A stretch of DNA of 64,000 nt, from positions 10,044,001-10,108,000 of the forward strand of contig JBHGNT010000001.1 of the NCBI GenBank assembly GCA_043228905.1, read 5' to 3'. The notes beneath the pieces are model-generated. The model had not been told where the DNA came from. It did no database searches and was given only the letters and a program-made list of their open reading frames with translations. Positions 60,821 through 64,000 of this stretch are shown here, piece by piece. The translations under genes were made by a program, and so were the position numbers. Source of the stretch: Azolla caroliniana (lineage: Eukaryota; Plantae; Polypodiophyta). Numbering within the stretch: position 1 is the first letter of the stretch; each line of letters starts with the position of its first letter.

Positions 60821-63800
60821 AGGCTAGACCGGTTTTCTCAGTCCCAACTCAATTTGGCGCATGCCGGTGGATGCGCGGTTAGGTGGGGGCGGATGTCGTG
60901 AAGAAAACCGTCCACAAGCGGAATCGGTGCGCCGGAGCATAGGAACCGGCTCTTCATGCACGTACGTCTTACGTTGTACATAAGAGAGAATTAGGGACAT
61001 AGAAGATCCTAGGTAGGTAGATTCGGTAGGTAGGAAGTTAATAGGAAACGGCTCCTTCCTTGCCTATAAAAGGAGGGAGACGAGGAGGGGGAAGGGATCG
61101 CAGAATCAGAGAGGAAGAAGTGCTGTTGGGCTGTCGGTCGAAGGCTTCTCTCTCTTCCATACTCTCCGTAGCTTCTTTTTGTGCAGGTTTCGTGAGGCTC
61201 GCGCTGCTCTGAGGAATGCCCGAGTGCTTCCGGCAGCACCTCCAACCTACTCCTTCCTTTCTTCGCGTTCGCGAACAGGCATCGACATCTATTCGCCGGC
61301 CTTTTCGGTTGTAACCGACTTCATGTTTTGTTGTTTGTCTCTGTTAATATATACTTACATACCGTTGTGCCTCTCTGTGTTGGTTTCCACGCTCGCGTCT
61401 TCGTGTCGAAGGGTCGTGTCCCTGTGGATCTACACTCGCACGTAGTGGGTCTCTTCTCCTTTCTCTCTTGCTCTTCGGTACAGGACCCCCGAGGTCCCGC
61501 CTCATTCCACGCATCCGCGAGGAATACCTCGACACCGGGTAGTGTACCTGTGGGAAGGTCGGGTGCACGCCAGCGATACTCGGAGGGCCCTGAACCGAAA
61601 CGACGGGCGAGGAGGAATGAAAAGGCTGATGGAAGAGGCGGCGGCCCGACACGCGGAGATCGTCCACTACTCGGCGTCAGCCGGTATTCGGGTCAGAGGC
61701 AGCGAGGCCCGGAAGGAGAGCAAAGCCGGGTTTTGGCCGACGATATTGGAAGGGCTCGCCGGTGCCCGACTAAGGGAAGATGAGGCGGCCTGCGCGGAGA
61801 AGCGCGTCCAGGAGGTAACCGGGTGGAGTGACCCGGTCGAAGAAAAGACGGGTTTCGTCGAAGTAGCTTGCCAGAACTACGAGGCTCTGGTTGAAGACAA
61901 ACGGGTAGGTAAAACCGGAGGGGCCGGACCCTCACAGAGATACGTAACCCGATTCAGGCCGAAACAGAACGAGGCCGGTGAAACCAGTGCCCGAGATAAC
62001 CACAAGAAGGGCGGATACCAGTTGGGCACGGAGATCGAAAGGACCACGGACCTACGAAAGGTCCTGGAAGAACGAATCCTCGACAACAAGGTGGAACTGT
62101 CGTTGCGGGAGGTGCTCGGAATCGCCAAGAAGGAGTTCCACGACTCCATCGTAGACTTGGTGAAGAGGAAGAGGCTGTTGACGGAGATAGAACCGGAAAG
62201 GCCGGTGGAGGTGTGGACGACGCACATAGAGGACATGGCGCTGGAAGACGAGTGGGCGGAGAGCCACTATTCGAGGCCACACTAGGCCCGAGCGACCACG
62301 GAAACCCCAGTGAAGATCGGAGATGTTCAGGAACCGGTGGTGGCGCTGGTGGACCACGGTTCGTAAATAAACCAGATGTCCATGGACTTCTACAGAAAGG
62401 GGAAATGGCCGATCAACACCAAGCACGGGTGGAAGATACGGGCGGCGACGCGCGCCACCGAGGAACTACACGGGGCCTGCCCAAACGTGCGAGTCAAGAT
62501 CGGTGACGTCAAGATAGACCAACACTTCTTTGTGCAGGAGACGTCCTCGCACCCGGTCATACTGGGAGAACCGTACATTACGGCATCACGGATGGAGACC
62601 AAGGTGCTGGACAACGGGTCGGCTTACGCGAGGGTCAAGAGTCAGGACGAGCGTCATTCGGTCCAGTTCCTGACGGTGCGACCGAACCACGAGCGAAACC
62701 GCGAGTCCCTTGGTGGCGAGAACCGAGAGGATTTTTAGAGAGGGCTGTCAAGACGTGGGGCCGCGATAGTCCGGACACTCCGGGAAAACCCCACAAATGT
62801 ACGATAGAGGCGAAACCGAAGAAACCTTGTACCATAAGTAGGAAGTTTTGTTTCTCCGACAACGGAGGGTGTACGATAGTTGGCGTCGTTGGCCGAGAAA
62901 AGACGAGGGCGGAAGAGCGACTTCGGGCGTGCGGAGTTCTCGGGCCCAGCGAGGAAATCAACGGAGCCGTGGAGGCGGTCTCCTTCGACGATACCTTGGG
63001 AATACTGCGAGAGGTGGTCGGAGAGGGCCTTAAAGAGGACCGGACGATACCGGTTTGTTCAGAAGAGATGTACGAAGTCATCGCGGACTTCAGTCGAGGG
63101 CTCGAGTCGGATCGGACGGCCCGGGTTAACACGAAGTACAAGACTGTGGACCGGAAGGTAAGGCCAGTCGTGGCACCCTTAACGGAGGGCAGCGAGTTGC
63201 GAATCAAGGGGGTCGCGTCGGACCCCAGTTTACGAGATCCGGCCTGCATAGGATACACCTTCACCGACAGAACGCTACGGGAGCTCAAAATCGGTGGGGG
63301 CGGGTTCCTACTGCCGGCGGAAGAAGACCGGTTTCGGAGAATGCTCGGAAGGCACGGGAAATCCTTCGTATTCTCACCGGAAGAGATCGGGTGCGTAGAC
63401 CCGAAAGTCGTGAAGCCGATGGTGATATTCACGGTACCGCATGTGCCGTGGAATCTCAAACCAATTCTAGTACCGAGAGCGGCCAAGGACGAGGCTGAGA
63501 TACAGATCGCGGAACCGGAACATTGGGACTAGCGGTTTCGGGCGTGTCAGCCCGAGATCCCGGTCATTGGAGAAGCAAGCCCAGATGGGGCTTGCGCGAT
63601 CGGTAAGAAGACGACCGCCGACCACGAAGAGTCAGTGGCTACGGACGGGCGATTCTTTGTGTCTTCCCACACTTGCTCCCGAGACGATGGCAGTCGGGCC
63701 CAAATGCCCACGTGAGTCCCAAGCGGAGGAAGGCGGCGGAGAAAGGCCAAGAATCACCGACAAGACGATACGGGGAAGGAGCGGACGAAAGCCCACGGAC

Positions 63801-64000
63801 TCGATTCCAGAGAACTCGGCATTCGGGCCCGTATGGCCATGTAAGACCGAGGAGATGGATGGCAGTACCGAGGAGTCCTGGCACGAAGCCAACGAAGTCG
63901 GATGGGAAACGGCCTGCGAGGAGGCCGAGGACGGAAGCGGCACGAGGAGATCGGCATTCCGATACGGGTGGAGCATGATCCGGTCGTGTATTGTTCGATC

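Larger units (their letters stand above)
54606..61534 (+). mobile_element. Full-length Ty3/Gypsy element B, nested in element A of the same family
   Basis: 641-bp LTRs at 54606-55246 and 60894-61534 (roughly 18 mismatches by eye). PBS TGGTGAACCCGACGTGAA at 55250, complementary to plant tRNA-Trp. PPT AGGTGGGGGCGGA. 4-bp TSD CCGG. Confidence 0.95.
52983..63480 (+). mobile_element. Ty3/Gypsy element A (tRNA-Trp PBS): 5' LTR 52983-53634, gag-pro 53679-54605 plus 61539-62738, start of pol to ~63480; interrupted by element B
   Basis: LTR TGTCG..CGACA. PBS TGGTGAGCCCGACGTGAA at 53639. CMWCDEVGHIRKDC knuckle and ALVDHGS protease. The gag frame ALGSR|VVYL is restored by removing element B and one CCGG. 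Confidence 0.9.

Overview
Eukaryotic plant nuclear DNA. Spliceosomal GT-AG introns, plant-type tRNA primer sites and the retroelement types suggest a seed-free land plant such as a fern; that assignment is inference. The first ~17 kb hold two convergent genes. One is the 3' part of a MATH/TRAF-domain coiled-coil protein gene (+, At2g25320-like, 8 exons in view) with a decayed Copia element in a 5-kb intron. The other is a complete 6-exon GAT-type amino-acid/GABA transporter gene (-). The remaining ~47 kb are a nested transposon stack. Nest 1: an L1-type LINE is split by a 14.8-kb Ty3/Gypsy element (TSD ACACT, tRNA-Asp PBS), which is itself split by a near-intact Tnt1/Tork-like Copia (TSD GTACG). 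Nest 2: a LINE remnant carries a second Copia, split by a tRNA-Trp-primed Gypsy, which is split by a full copy of its own family (4-bp TSD CCGG). The most unusual signals are: (1) a second retropepsin domain plus a duplicated ~90-aa module in frame after the integrase of the first Gypsy; (2) a -1 frameshift cassette (G GAT TTT plus pseudoknot) between protease and RT, present in both copies of the tRNA-Trp Gypsy; (3) a solo LTR carrying two tRNA-like modules; (4) CCGG enrichment together with insertions next to CGG. All coordinates and mismatch counts were read by eye.
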